A stretch of 64,000 nt of DNA, taken from NCBI GenBank assembly GCA_964568735.1, contig CAZMRF010000003.1, positions 36,454 to 100,453 on the forward strand, read 5' to 3'. Shown piece by piece: positions 1-8,573 of this stretch. A program made the position numbers and the translations under genes. Below the pieces are notes generated by a model. That model saw only the letters and a program-made list of their open reading frames with translations. It did no database searches and had not been told where the DNA came from. This stretch comes from an uncultured Acidobacteriota bacterium. GTDB lineage: Bacteria; Acidobacteriota; Polarisedimenticolia; JACPZX01. Every line of letters starts with the position of its first letter. The stretch's first letter is position 1.

Positions 1-584
1 CCGATGGCCGCCTGAACCGCGGGGAGGAGGGACGACATGCGGATGAACCCCTCACCGGGATCCACGCTCCCCGCGCCGCTTGCGGCAAGCTCCGTGGCGG
101 CGGTGTCGAAGTCGTCGCCCCGCGCCGCCCGGGCTGCGAGCTGGTCGGCGCCGGCCCTGGTGGCGAAGGCCGCCGTGCGGATGCTGACCTCGACGGTCAT
201 GGCGTTCGCCATCGCCTCGACTTGTTTCGGATCGGGTTTCACCCCTCCGACCCGGCTTGCGAACAGGCCGTCCCGGAGGGTATCGCGCTCGAAGACGCCC
301 ATTCGATCGCGCACCTCGAGGGTCTTCTCGAGGCCCATCCGGTACCCTTCCTGGATGGCGAGCTCGACGCCGATCATCCGCTCGAGCGCCTTGCCCGCTC
401 CGTCCGTGGGGGGCGCGGCTCCGCTCCCTCCGCGGACCTTGCTCAGCGGGACAGGCTCGCCGTTGACGGTGGCGAGGACGGGGTCGGAGGAACGGGCTGG
501 CGCGGCGGCAACCGCCGTGAGAATCGACGCGCAGACGACGAGCACCCGGGTCGCGAGGACCCGGACGGAGAGGGGACGTGTCAT
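1..584 (-). CDS. SurA/PrsA-like periplasmic chaperone (parvulin PPIase family), 5' part only; the 3' end lies beyond the window start
   Basis: Minus-strand ATG at 582-584 (overlaps stop of upstream gene as ATGA/TCATG). Translates to MTRPLSVRVLATRVLVVCASILTAVAAAP...ATVNGEPVPLSKV...; signal peptide plus the 'VNGEPI'-type SurA N-domain motif. Not in ORF track because no stop falls in the window. Confidence 0.5.
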   Translation of the reverse strand, partial: MTRPLSVRVLATRVLVVCASILTAVAAAPARSSDPVLATVNGEPVPLSKVRGGSGAAPPTDGAGKALERMIGVELAIQEGYRMGLEKTLEVRDRMGVFERDTLRDGLFASRVGGVKPDPKQVEAMANAMTVEVSIRTAAFATRAGADQLAARAARGDDFDTAATELAASGAGSVDPGEGFIRMSSLLPAVQAAI

Positions 585-1756
585 GGGTTGTTTCCCTTGT
601 TGCCGGCGGCCTCTTGCGGGAGCCGGCGCGATCGGAGCTCTTGCTCGAGCTCCTCGACGGCACCCCGGACGAGCCCGGAGGTCAGCGTGACGGAGGAGCG
701 GATGCGGGAGACCCCGAACACTCCGACCCGGTCGTCTCCGCGGCCGAAGCTGAACGATGTCCAGACGGCCTGGCGCGTACGGACGTCGATGGCGCGGGCC
801 GAGAATCCCAGGAACGGCGTTCCGGGGGCGGATCCCATCGCCTCGTAGTCGGTCACACGGCCGGAGACGACCAGATCCAGGTCGAGAAGCGCGCCCAGGG
901 CATCGACCTGCGGCAGCGACGGACCGCCTTCCTGGATCACCCGGGCATCGAGAAGCGCCTCGCGGACCACTCCGGGCTCGAGCACCTCCATGTTGCCCGC
1001 GGCCATGAGCCATCTCACGAACTGGGATGTGACGTTCTCCCCAGCGTCTCGCCACGCCTCATCCGCGACGAAGGGCAGGACCGCCACGCGGGGGGTACGG
1101 AGGGAGGCTGCGGCCGCGGCCCAGCCCGGATCGACGACGAAGCTGCCGGGCCGGAATCTCCTCGGCACGCGTGCCCGATCCTCCGTCCCGGAGGCCCGGC
1201 CCAGGGCGGCGAGAGATTCGGCAATCTCCTCCGACGCGAGCTGGATCAGGACTTCGGCGGAGGTGACCACGCCCAGCCCGAACGCCCCCGGCCGCTCGTG
1301 ACCGTGGTGGGCGCTCGAGTCCATCCAGGTCAGCGGTGCTTCGGGGACGGCCGCGACCCAGCGGGCGGTGAGCGCGAACCGCGGCGGATCCACGGTCTCC
1401 CAGTCGTCCACCGAGCTCAGGAGGATTCCTTCGACGTTCGTCTCTGCGCCGATCGCGCCGGCCGTCTCGCCCGAGATCCCTCCCGTGTACCGGATCCGGT
1501 GCCTGCGGAAGAACTCCTCGAGCTCGGTCCGCGGAAGCAAGGCGAAGCCCTGGGCCGCCAGGGACTCCTCGAGGGCCGCCTGGACCTGCTCGACGGGGGC
1601 CGACCGCCCCGACCGGTCCACCGGGGGGAAGACCGCGACGCGTGAGCCGTCGGCGCCGAGGGCGGCAGGCGACGCCGCGCACAGCCACACTGTCGCGGCG
1701 AGCCCGAGCAGCACCCGTTCAGCCGAAAAGCGAGTCGAGAAGATCGCGAACGGCAT
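581..1756 (-). CDS. Lipoprotein/periplasmic protein with two tandem CsgG/LpoB-like domains (each with a 'VAV(F/L)PPV / VAVLPF' motif)
   Basis: 391-aa ORF. N-terminal signal sequence. Motif 'RVAVFPPVDRSG' near residue 40 and 'RVAVLPFVADEAW' near residue 215 indicate an internal duplication of the domain found in CsgG/LpoB/DUF799-type lipoproteins. 38-nt overlap with the upstream paralog. Confidence 0.65.
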   Translation of the reverse strand: MPFAIFSTRFSAERVLLGLAATVWLCAASPAALGADGSRVAVFPPVDRSGRSAPVEQVQAALEESLAAQGFALLPRTELEEFFRRHRIRYTGGISGETAGAIGAETNVEGILLSSVDDWETVDPPRFALTARWVAAVPEAPLTWMDSSAHHGHERPGAFGLGVVTSAEVLIQLASEEIAESLAALGRASGTEDRARVPRRFRPGSFVVDPGWAAAAASLRTPRVAVLPFVADEAWRDAGENVTSQFVRWLMAAGNMEVLEPGVVREALLDARVIQEGGPSLPQVDALGALLDLDLVVSGRVTDYEAMGSAPGTPFLGFSARAIDVRTRQAVWTSFSFGRGDDRVGVFGVSRIRSSVTLTSGLVRGAVEELEQELRSRRLPQEAAGNKGNNP

Positions 1757-2300
1757 CGGCCGTCACCTGGTCCATGGGCTGGCCGCCTCCTCCGAAGAGG
1801 CGGTCGGCGGCGTCCACGCCGCCGCGGGTGGCGGAAGCGCTCCAGACCACCTTGCCCGTCTGGGTCTCCATCATCTGGAGGCTCAGCGAGACCACTCCCG
1901 CGGAGCTGCTCCCTGAGCGCACCTCTCCGTACTCGCGGACCACCCCGGTGATCACCGCGTCCACGCCGACCACTTTCCCGAGGTTCACCACCTCCTCGGC
2001 GGTCGGCATGGTCGGGCTCGCCACGGAGGCGCGGTCGATGCCGCGGGCGACCTCTCCAGGCGGGATCACGTAGGACGACCCGGTCGCCTGCATCATCGTC
2101 GTGAAGACGTCCCGGACTCTCTCCGCGGCCGAGGTGGCGGTCGTCAAGTTCTCGAACGGCAACACGGCCACCTTCTGGACGAGGCTGAAGTCCATCCTGG
2201 GATCACGATAGGTCACCTCGGCGGACCTCTTTCCAGCGCACGCCGGCGTCAGGGCGACGAACGCGAGCATCGCGACGCCGACAGCCTCGAGAAGCTTCAT
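1719..2300 (-). CDS. Small lipoprotein, single CsgG/LpoB/DUF799-like domain ('KVAVLPFENLT')
   Basis: 193 aa. Lipobox-like 'LTPACAGK' after a hydrophobic signal. 'VAVLPFEN' motif. ATG 12 nt downstream of the beta-barrel gene stop. Confidence 0.7.
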   Translation of the reverse strand: MKLLEAVGVAMLAFVALTPACAGKRSAEVTYRDPRMDFSLVQKVAVLPFENLTTATSAAERVRDVFTTMMQATGSSYVIPPGEVARGIDRASVASPTMPTAEEVVNLGKVVGVDAVITGVVREYGEVRSGSSSAGVVSLSLQMMETQTGKVVWSASATRGGVDAADRLFGGGGQPMDQVTADAVRDLLDSLFG

Positions 2301-2312
2301 GTTTGGGACCTC

Positions 2313-4481
2313 CTAGAACCCGAGCCGGAGCGTCGATGTGACGATGTCGTCCTGCAGCCGGGAGATGTCCGTTTCGCGGGTCAGCGCCTGGTAGGCGATC
2401 TCGAAATAGGAGCGGGGGTTGATGTTCCACCTCACGAAGGGGACGAACGACGTGTCGACCTCGTCCAGATCGGAGTACCTGGTCTCGTTGTAGGAAACGT
2501 TCACCTGGAGGGCTCCCCCTGGAAAGGGCGACCAGCTGCACGCGAAGGTGTCGACCGTGCGATCGGGCTCGCTCGTTCGCGCTTCAATGCGTCGGGAGCC
2601 GTACAAATATATTGCTGCGAGCGGACTGTAGGCAACGGCGGCCTCCGCGCTCCTGGTCCTGTCCTCGACGTTCGGGACGCCATCGGTGTAGATCGTCGCG
2701 TTCCGGTCGTCGTAGCGAAGGGTGACCGTCACGCTGCGGTAGGGAATCAGGGTGGCACCGGCGCCGACCAGCAGGGCTTCGTTGGTGGAGCCGTCTTCGA
2801 TCTCGCCGTACGATGTCCCCACGAGGAAGTTCAGATCCACGCCCTCGTAGACGAGGGCGGTCGTGTCGAAGTTCACCGCCCGGTTCTTCGTGGTGATCCC
2901 GTCGGTCTCGTTCGCGTAGCCGCTCAGGATCAGCGAGTGTCTCAAGGTCTCGAACGGGTTGGCCGTGACCGCCGCGGAGTAGACGTACGCCGTACGCTCG
3001 CGATCGCTGTCGAGCCCGTCCTCGCGGGCGACCCGGGCGCTCGCCCCCCAGACCCGGTCGAATTGGTGCCGGGCGGAGAGGCCGTTCGAGAGCGTCCAGC
3101 TCGTGGGGCTCTGCGTGGAGCTCACGAGCGAGTAGGTCGTCTCGTAATAGAGCCCCGGGCGCTCCAGGATCCGGAACCGGGAGCTGGCGTTCGCCAGGTT
3201 CCGCGTGTCGGAGACCGTCTCCTCGAACGTGTTCGTCGCCTGTGCGAGCAACGGCTCGAGCTCGGTGACGAGGATGGTGGGAAACGAGCTCGCGTTGGGC
3301 ACCGTCGGAGCCAGCGGGCTGACCACGACCTTCACGTATCGGGACATGACAGTGGCGAACCGCACCTCGAAGTTGTTGTCGAAGGGACCGAACGGCGCGG
3401 TGGGGATCACGGACGTCCTGGTCCAGAACTGCGCGTCGCTGCTCGTCCAGATCTCCCAGGTGAAGGTGCGGGCTATGTCGAAAGGGAGATTCCGATCGAT
3501 CCAGACGCGGAAGACGTTGACGTCGCGCATGACGCCCAGGTCGACGCCCATGTTCCGCGGGCGGTTGTCCCCGGCCGGGGGGATGAGACCCAGGTTGATC
3601 GAAGTCCCGACCAGCGTGTTGCCGTCCACGAGGAGAGGGGCCGGATTGAGGAGCCCCACGTCGGGCGTGTCGTCGAGCTCGAAGGAGCCGCCGACAGGGA
3701 AGACGGGAATGAGCAGCTCGCCGGTTCCCGACGACTCGATGTCGGTCTCCCGGTACGTGGTGTTCCAACTCCCCGAGATCTCCCAGCGGGAGTCGAAGTA
3801 GTTCTCTGAGAAGTACACCTGTCCGTTGTGAGTGGTCGTGTGGAACGTCGTTCCCTCGGCCTGATCCTCGATCCGTTCCAGTGATCCCCGGTAGTAGAGC
3901 CTCGTCGACTCGATGGGCCTGTACTCGGACGTGAGCCGCAGGGCGTCCTCGGTCCGATCCACGAGATCCTGGGAGCCGTCGCGATCGACGACATGGGAGG
4001 CCTCGAGGCGCATCGAGGGCAGCTCGACCGGATACCAGCCCAGGGTGCCGAGGAACGTGTCGCGAGTCAGGCGGAACTCGGCGAGGTCGTCGGTCTGCGA
4101 GGTCTCTTCGTTGCGATCCCAGCCGATGTCCCCGAGCACCAGGGGGGACCGGAGCGTGAGCCGCAGGAACGGCCGGAACCGCGTGAACTCCGACTCCTGC
4201 TCGAACCCGAGCTGCTCGATCGTGTCGTCGAAATGCTCGTAGAACATCCCCGCCTGGGCATGGAGGTAGGGGAAGAGCCGGCGGCTCCAGAGCAGATTCG
4301 CGCGGGGCCGCAGCGACGTCGTGTCCGTCTCGGTGTCCGGCAACCCGTCGATCTCGTTCCTGGAGGAGGAAGAGTTGCCCGACAGCTCCACGTAGCCGCT
4401 CAGGTCGTCTGCGAGGGCCTGGCTCGTCACGCCCGCCAGGATCGCTCCGGCGAGCGCGAGCCGGCCGGCGGAAGATCTCAA
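2313..4481 (-). CDS. Large outer-membrane beta-barrel protein (722 aa); possible MtrB/PioB-like porin
   Basis: Signal peptide (RSSAGRLALAGAILAGVTSQALA). Alternating amphipathic beta-strand character. C-terminal '...TLRLGF' with terminal Phe typical of OM beta-barrels. TTG start overlapping the YVTN stop (TTGA). Confidence 0.7.
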   Translation of the reverse strand: MRSSAGRLALAGAILAGVTSQALADDLSGYVELSGNSSSSRNEIDGLPDTETDTTSLRPRANLLWSRRLFPYLHAQAGMFYEHFDDTIEQLGFEQESEFTRFRPFLRLTLRSPLVLGDIGWDRNEETSQTDDLAEFRLTRDTFLGTLGWYPVELPSMRLEASHVVDRDGSQDLVDRTEDALRLTSEYRPIESTRLYYRGSLERIEDQAEGTTFHTTTHNGQVYFSENYFDSRWEISGSWNTTYRETDIESSGTGELLIPVFPVGGSFELDDTPDVGLLNPAPLLVDGNTLVGTSINLGLIPPAGDNRPRNMGVDLGVMRDVNVFRVWIDRNLPFDIARTFTWEIWTSSDAQFWTRTSVIPTAPFGPFDNNFEVRFATVMSRYVKVVVSPLAPTVPNASSFPTILVTELEPLLAQATNTFEETVSDTRNLANASSRFRILERPGLYYETTYSLVSSTQSPTSWTLSNGLSARHQFDRVWGASARVAREDGLDSDRERTAYVYSAAVTANPFETLRHSLILSGYANETDGITTKNRAVNFDTTALVYEGVDLNFLVGTSYGEIEDGSTNEALLVGAGATLIPYRSVTVTLRYDDRNATIYTDGVPNVEDRTRSAEAAVAYSPLAAIYLYGSRRIEARTSEPDRTVDTFACSWSPFPGGALQVNVSYNETRYSDLDEVDTSFVPFVRWNINPRSYFEIAYQALTRETDISRLQDDIVTSTLRLGF

Positions 4482-5905
4482 GGACCGCTGCCCTGCACGA
4501 ACTGCAGCGCGGCGGGGTCGGCGCCCAGGGGTGTGCGCGTGACCGTGCCGCTCCCCACCAGGCCCACGATCCGGACTTCCGCAGGGTCGCGGAGGAGGAT
4601 GCCGAGCCCGTTCCCCTCCGCTTCGATCGACAGCCAGGCGACCTCCCCGGGCACCGGGATCTCCTCGACCGGGAGGAAGGAGGAGGGATCGAAGATCTCG
4701 ATCCGGCCCGCCCGGGCCCGGGCCAGGAAGATCCGGCCGCTCCTGGGATCGACCTCGAGGGCCCGGGCGCCTGGACCGACGTAGACGCGCCGCTCCACGG
4801 CGAGGGTGCGGGAGTCCACCACGGTCAGATAGGGCGACTCCTCCTGCGCCACGAGAATCCGCTCGCCGTTCCTCCCCGAGAAGCGGGCCCGCAGCGCCCC
4901 GGCGTCTACGGTGACCGCGCCGACCGGGGTTCGCGAGGAGACCGAGAGGACCGTGATCGTGCTCGACCGCTCCGCCAGCACGAAGACGCGCCGGCCGTCG
5001 CGATCCATGAGGAGCGAGACAGGCCGCCCCGCCACCGGGACGCGCTCGAGCTCGGTCGCTGCGAGCGGATCCACGAAGCTCACGGTGTCGGAACCGGGGT
5101 TCGCGACGACGAGGGTCCGGCCGTCCGGAGTCAGCGTCACCTCCCGCGGCGAGTCCCCGGCGCGGAGGGAGATCTGCTCACGGACGCGTCCTTCGAGCAG
5201 GTCCAGCACCGCGACCGAGTCGTCCCCCGAGACCGCCACGTAGGCGCGGAGCCGCTCCGAGTCGAGCGCGAGACCGGCTGGATTCCGGCCGACCGGAAGG
5301 AGCATCGCGAGGGCTCCCGTCCGCTTGTCGAACAGCGCGACGGAGTCCCAGCCGCCGACCGATGCGAGGCCGATGAGCCCCGTCGTCGGGCGCGGCCGTG
5401 CACGCCCCTCGAACACGGGATCGAAACGATCCGGCGAATCCGGGCTCCAGGCGGAACGCAGGGTCAGGGCCAGGACCGTGCCGGAGCTGGGGCTCACGAC
5501 GAAGGGCGAGTCCACCCGGGTCGGCACGGAGGGGACTTCGAGATTCGAGGCTCCCTCGGGGCCGGGCCGCGTGGCGGAGAGGAAGGAGAGCTCGATGCCG
5601 GTGTAGGTTCCCGGAGGAGGCTCCCCTTCGAGCCACAGGCTCTCGTCGGGCGTCTCGTTGCCCGGTCTGCGCGAGGCAACGAGCTTCAAATCCACCGTCA
5701 CGCCGTCCTCGCGGCGCGCGACGGCCCGGGAGACCTGGAAGCGGACCCGCTGCGACGGCGCGGAGAGGTCCCGCAGGACCACGACGATCCCGGGGGGGCC
5801 TTGCGATGGCCGCGCGGCGAAAGCGCGCCCCCCTGCACCGGCGGCGGCGCAGCCGACGGTGACGGCGAGCGGGATAACGGCTGCCGCGAGCAGCGCCTGT
5901 CTCAT
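4478..5905 (-). CDS. YVTN-family beta-propeller repeat protein, secreted/lipoprotein
   Basis: Signal peptide with 'VTVGC'. Repeated about 40-aa units 'YVAVSGDDSVAVLDL', 'TLVVANPGSDTVSFVD', 'RVFVLAERSSTITVLSV', 'ILVAQEESPYLTVVD'. ATG at 5903-5905 (the ORF track used an upstream TTG at 5917). Confidence 0.75.
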   Translation of the reverse strand: MRQALLAAAVIPLAVTVGCAAAGAGGRAFAARPSQGPPGIVVVLRDLSAPSQRVRFQVSRAVARREDGVTVDLKLVASRRPGNETPDESLWLEGEPPPGTYTGIELSFLSATRPGPEGASNLEVPSVPTRVDSPFVVSPSSGTVLALTLRSAWSPDSPDRFDPVFEGRARPRPTTGLIGLASVGGWDSVALFDKRTGALAMLLPVGRNPAGLALDSERLRAYVAVSGDDSVAVLDLLEGRVREQISLRAGDSPREVTLTPDGRTLVVANPGSDTVSFVDPLAATELERVPVAGRPVSLLMDRDGRRVFVLAERSSTITVLSVSSRTPVGAVTVDAGALRARFSGRNGERILVAQEESPYLTVVDSRTLAVERRVYVGPGARALEVDPRSGRIFLARARAGRIEIFDPSSFLPVEEIPVPGEVAWLSIEAEGNGLGILLRDPAEVRIVGLVGSGTVTRTPLGADPAALQFVQGSGP

Positions 5906-5926
5906 CGTCCCGTCCAAGTCCGGCGG

Positions 5927-5932
5927 ATTATA
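5927..5932 (-). promoter_or_regulatory. Candidate sigma70-type -10 hexamer TATAAT about 22 nt upstream of the YVTN gene ATG
   Basis: Minus-strand reading 'cctcggTATAATccgccggacttggacgggacgATG'. Sits just downstream of the cytochrome terminator hairpin. Confidence 0.3.
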
Positions 5933-5944
5933 CCGAGGCCGCTA

Positions 5945-5980
5945 AAGGAAAAGGGGGCCGACATCCGCCGGCCCCCTTCA
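5945..5980 (-). terminator. Rho-independent terminator after the hexaheme cytochrome gene
   Basis: Minus-strand RNA GAAGGGGGCCG-GCGGAUGU-CGGCCCCCUU followed by UUCCUUU: perfect 10-bp GC-rich stem (5951-5960 / 5969-5978), 8-nt loop, U-rich tail. About 40 nt after the cytochrome stop codon. Confidence 0.55.
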
Positions 5981-6017
5981 GGAGCACACCCGGACGAGGT
6001 CCGGGAAACTCAGGTGA

Positions 6018-7292
6018 CTAGTCCTTCGCGTGGCACTTGTTGCAGAGCACGCGCTGATACGACGCGAACGTGGTCACCGGGCGGTCGTAGTAGGCCGCCT
6101 GGGTCTCCGACGCCAGCCGACCCCGAGCGAACTGCGGGACGGTCGGAGTCGTGTCGGTGCCGGGATAGAGGCTGTTGTAGGTCATGAACTCGCCTTCGAT
6201 GTTCCAGCGCAGCGCGTATTCCCAGCCGGAGGCATGCGCGCGGTGACAGGAGAGGCAGGAGACCTGGTCGTTCGTCGACGGGCCGCCGAGCTGCGAGTTG
6301 TCGTTTCTCGCGAGCGGGGCGAGGACGGTGGCGTAGTCGCCGCTGTTCTTCACGAACGGAACGAGCGAGGTGAACGACGACCCGGCCGATCCGGTCATGT
6401 CGCCGGTCTTCACGTACTGCTCGTAGATGGTCGCGATCGTGGAGTCGAGGTCCTCGTCCGTAGGGTGGACGTAGTTCCCGCTCGAGTGCATGTCGGGATG
6501 GCAGGTTCCGCACCAGTTGCCCCAGGTGACGTGGCCGGGGTCGGAGGAGCGGCCGTAGGACGTGCGCGTCTGCGTCACGGCCTCCGTCCTGTTGTAGGTG
6601 CTGGGCACCTTCGCGGCGGGGACGCCGGCGAAGGTGACGCCGTCCTTGGTGTAGCCGGCGCCCGCGAGGAGGCGATAGACGCCGACCGCCGTGGTGCTGT
6701 TGGGCTCGTTATTCGTGGGGTTGTTGGGGTCGTAGTAGGAGCCCGAGGCGCGGATCGGACCGCCGGTCTTCGAGATGGCGCCGGTGTTCAGACGGCGGTA
6801 CTGGCCGTGCGGATCGTGGCAGCTGTTGCAGGCAAGCTGGCTCGACGGGAATCCGCTGCCGCCCGGTGCGTTTGCGTTCGTGCCATCCACCGAGTATCCG
6901 AAATCGACCGCGATGATGTTGTGGCCGTGGGTGTCGCCATCCTCGTTCGTCGTCGTGCCGCGAACGGTGAAGGAGTAGTCCTTCTTGATCCAGCCGAAGT
7001 CTCCGCCCGGAGACCTCTGCAACGGGGCCTGGCCTGCGCCGAGGCTGCCCGGGGCGGTGCTGATGTGATATGAGCTGGGACCGGTGTCGTTGGCGTTCTG
7101 GTGGCAGGTCAGGCACGCCGAGCTCTGGTCGGTCCCGACCAGCAGGAACTTTCCTCCTGCCATCGGGTTGTGCATGCTGTGGCAGCCGCTGCACTCCGCG
7201 ACGCCGCCTGAGTGGAACGCGTACGCGTTGCCGGCAAAAGCAGCGAGGGCCATCACCGCGAGCGCCAGCGCCCCCATTCTCAACGTCCTCAT
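6018..7292 (-). CDS. Secreted hexaheme c-type cytochrome
   Basis: Six CxxCH motifs (CSGCH, CLTCH, CNSCH, CGTCH, CLSCH, CNKCH). N-terminal signal peptide (ALALAVMALAAFAGNAYA). GAGGAGG RBS 5 nt upstream of ATG at 7290-7292. Confidence 0.85.
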   Translation of the reverse strand: MRTLRMGALALAVMALAAFAGNAYAFHSGGVAECSGCHSMHNPMAGGKFLLVGTDQSSACLTCHQNANDTGPSSYHISTAPGSLGAGQAPLQRSPGGDFGWIKKDYSFTVRGTTTNEDGDTHGHNIIAVDFGYSVDGTNANAPGGSGFPSSQLACNSCHDPHGQYRRLNTGAISKTGGPIRASGSYYDPNNPTNNEPNSTTAVGVYRLLAGAGYTKDGVTFAGVPAAKVPSTYNRTEAVTQTRTSYGRSSDPGHVTWGNWCGTCHPDMHSSGNYVHPTDEDLDSTIATIYEQYVKTGDMTGSAGSSFTSLVPFVKNSGDYATVLAPLARNDNSQLGGPSTNDQVSCLSCHRAHASGWEYALRWNIEGEFMTYNSLYPGTDTTPTVPQFARGRLASETQAAYYDRPVTTFASYQRVLCNKCHAKD

Positions 7293-7623
7293 TCAAGCCT
7301 CCTCATGGTGTGGTCGGCGGTGCGGTCCATCCTCGGGGTGCCCGAGACTCGCCTCCGAATGATTCCGATCCATGGTTTTGCAAGTCCGGTGCCCGGTCGA
7401 GGCCTTCCAGGAAGCTGCTGTTTAGGGGTCTTCGGGGCGCTTCGCGGGGGACGCGGGGCAGGGCGGTGGGCCAGATTCCACAGCCGCCTGAGTGATTCCG
7501 AGGTACTCACGGGAGGTGCCGCAGGCCGGATTCCGCCCCCAGCGGCTGTTTCCGGGAGGATGGCTAGCCTGGCGGCGCGGGCGCCTTCGAGAGGATGACG
7601 GCGGTCCCGGGGCGGAACGCGCT

Positions 7624-8571
7624 CTACGGAGCCGGCGCGATCGCGAAGACCGCGACGCCGCGGTTCCGTACCTGGGAGACGTAGAGCCTCCCGGCCGGGT
7701 CGAGCGCGAGGGCGCCCGGCCGCGCCAGCCACTCGCGGTGGGCGATGCGGCCCTCCTCGCGGAGGAAGCGGAACTCCCGATTGAAGACCATCACAACGCT
7801 GCGCTGGCGGTCGGAGAGGAAGATGTTGCCCTCGCCGTCGAGGGCCACGTCGCCGAGAACGCCGAAGGCGCCCGCTGCAGAGCCGGACTTCCCGAACGAG
7901 CGGACACCGCCTCCGGGCTCGATCGCGTGCACCCGGAACTGCTCGGGCACGGCGAAGACCACGGTGCCGTCGCTGCCGACGTCCAGCCCGCTGATCTCGG
8001 CGTTGGCCCGATCTTCTTCCGGGAGCGCAGCCAGCTCCGCCAGGTCGAGGAGCCGCTCGAGCGTGCCGTCGGGGAGGTAGCAGGCAGCGCGCATCTGGCC
8101 CTGGCTGACGAGCCAGATCCTTCCCGAACGGAGGAGAAGCCGGTTGGGGAGGAAACCCGCCGCGTCCCCCGACCGATCGAGGGCGATCTCGGCCGTCGGC
8201 CGCCCCCGGAAGTCGGCGCGGATCAGCGACCATTGCCTCGCGCCCTCCCCGGAGCCCGAGGCATACACCAGCATCAGGATGTCTCCGCTGCTCTCGATCC
8301 CGAGATCCGTCAGGCGCCCGTCCTCGACATCCACGTCGAAGCGGTAGATCTCCATGCCGGCGTTGTTGAATACCCTGATCTCGTTCCCGTAGACGGTGTA
8401 GACCTCGGATCGGAAAGCATCGACCACGACCCGCGCGTCGCTGTAAGGGATCCTTCCCGTGAAGTCGGCGAGATCGTAGAGGTAGGAGATCTCGGCGGGC
8501 CCGGCCATCGCCGGGGAGGAGAGCAGGACCGCCAGCGCCCCCACTCCTGCCAGCCTGCCCGCGAGGAGCAT
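7624..8571 (-). CDS. NHL-repeat beta-propeller protein, secreted
   Basis: Real start is the ATG at 8569-8571 (MLLAGRLAGVGALAVLLSSPAMA signal), adjacent to the stop of the upstream gene at 8574-8576. Repeated 'GxxxGxFxxPxGVAxD'-like NHL units (GDVALDGEGNIFLSD, ALALDPAGRLYVSQ). The 897-aa ORF 7624..10317 in the track is a read-through artefact in this frame. Confidence 0.75.
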   Translation of the reverse strand: MLLAGRLAGVGALAVLLSSPAMAGPAEISYLYDLADFTGRIPYSDARVVVDAFRSEVYTVYGNEIRVFNNAGMEIYRFDVDVEDGRLTDLGIESSGDILMLVYASGSGEGARQWSLIRADFRGRPTAEIALDRSGDAAGFLPNRLLLRSGRIWLVSQGQMRAACYLPDGTLERLLDLAELAALPEEDRANAEISGLDVGSDGTVVFAVPEQFRVHAIEPGGGVRSFGKSGSAAGAFGVLGDVALDGEGNIFLSDRQRSVVMVFNREFRFLREEGRIAHREWLARPGALALDPAGRLYVSQVRNRGVAVFAIAPAP

Positions 8572-8573
8572 GC

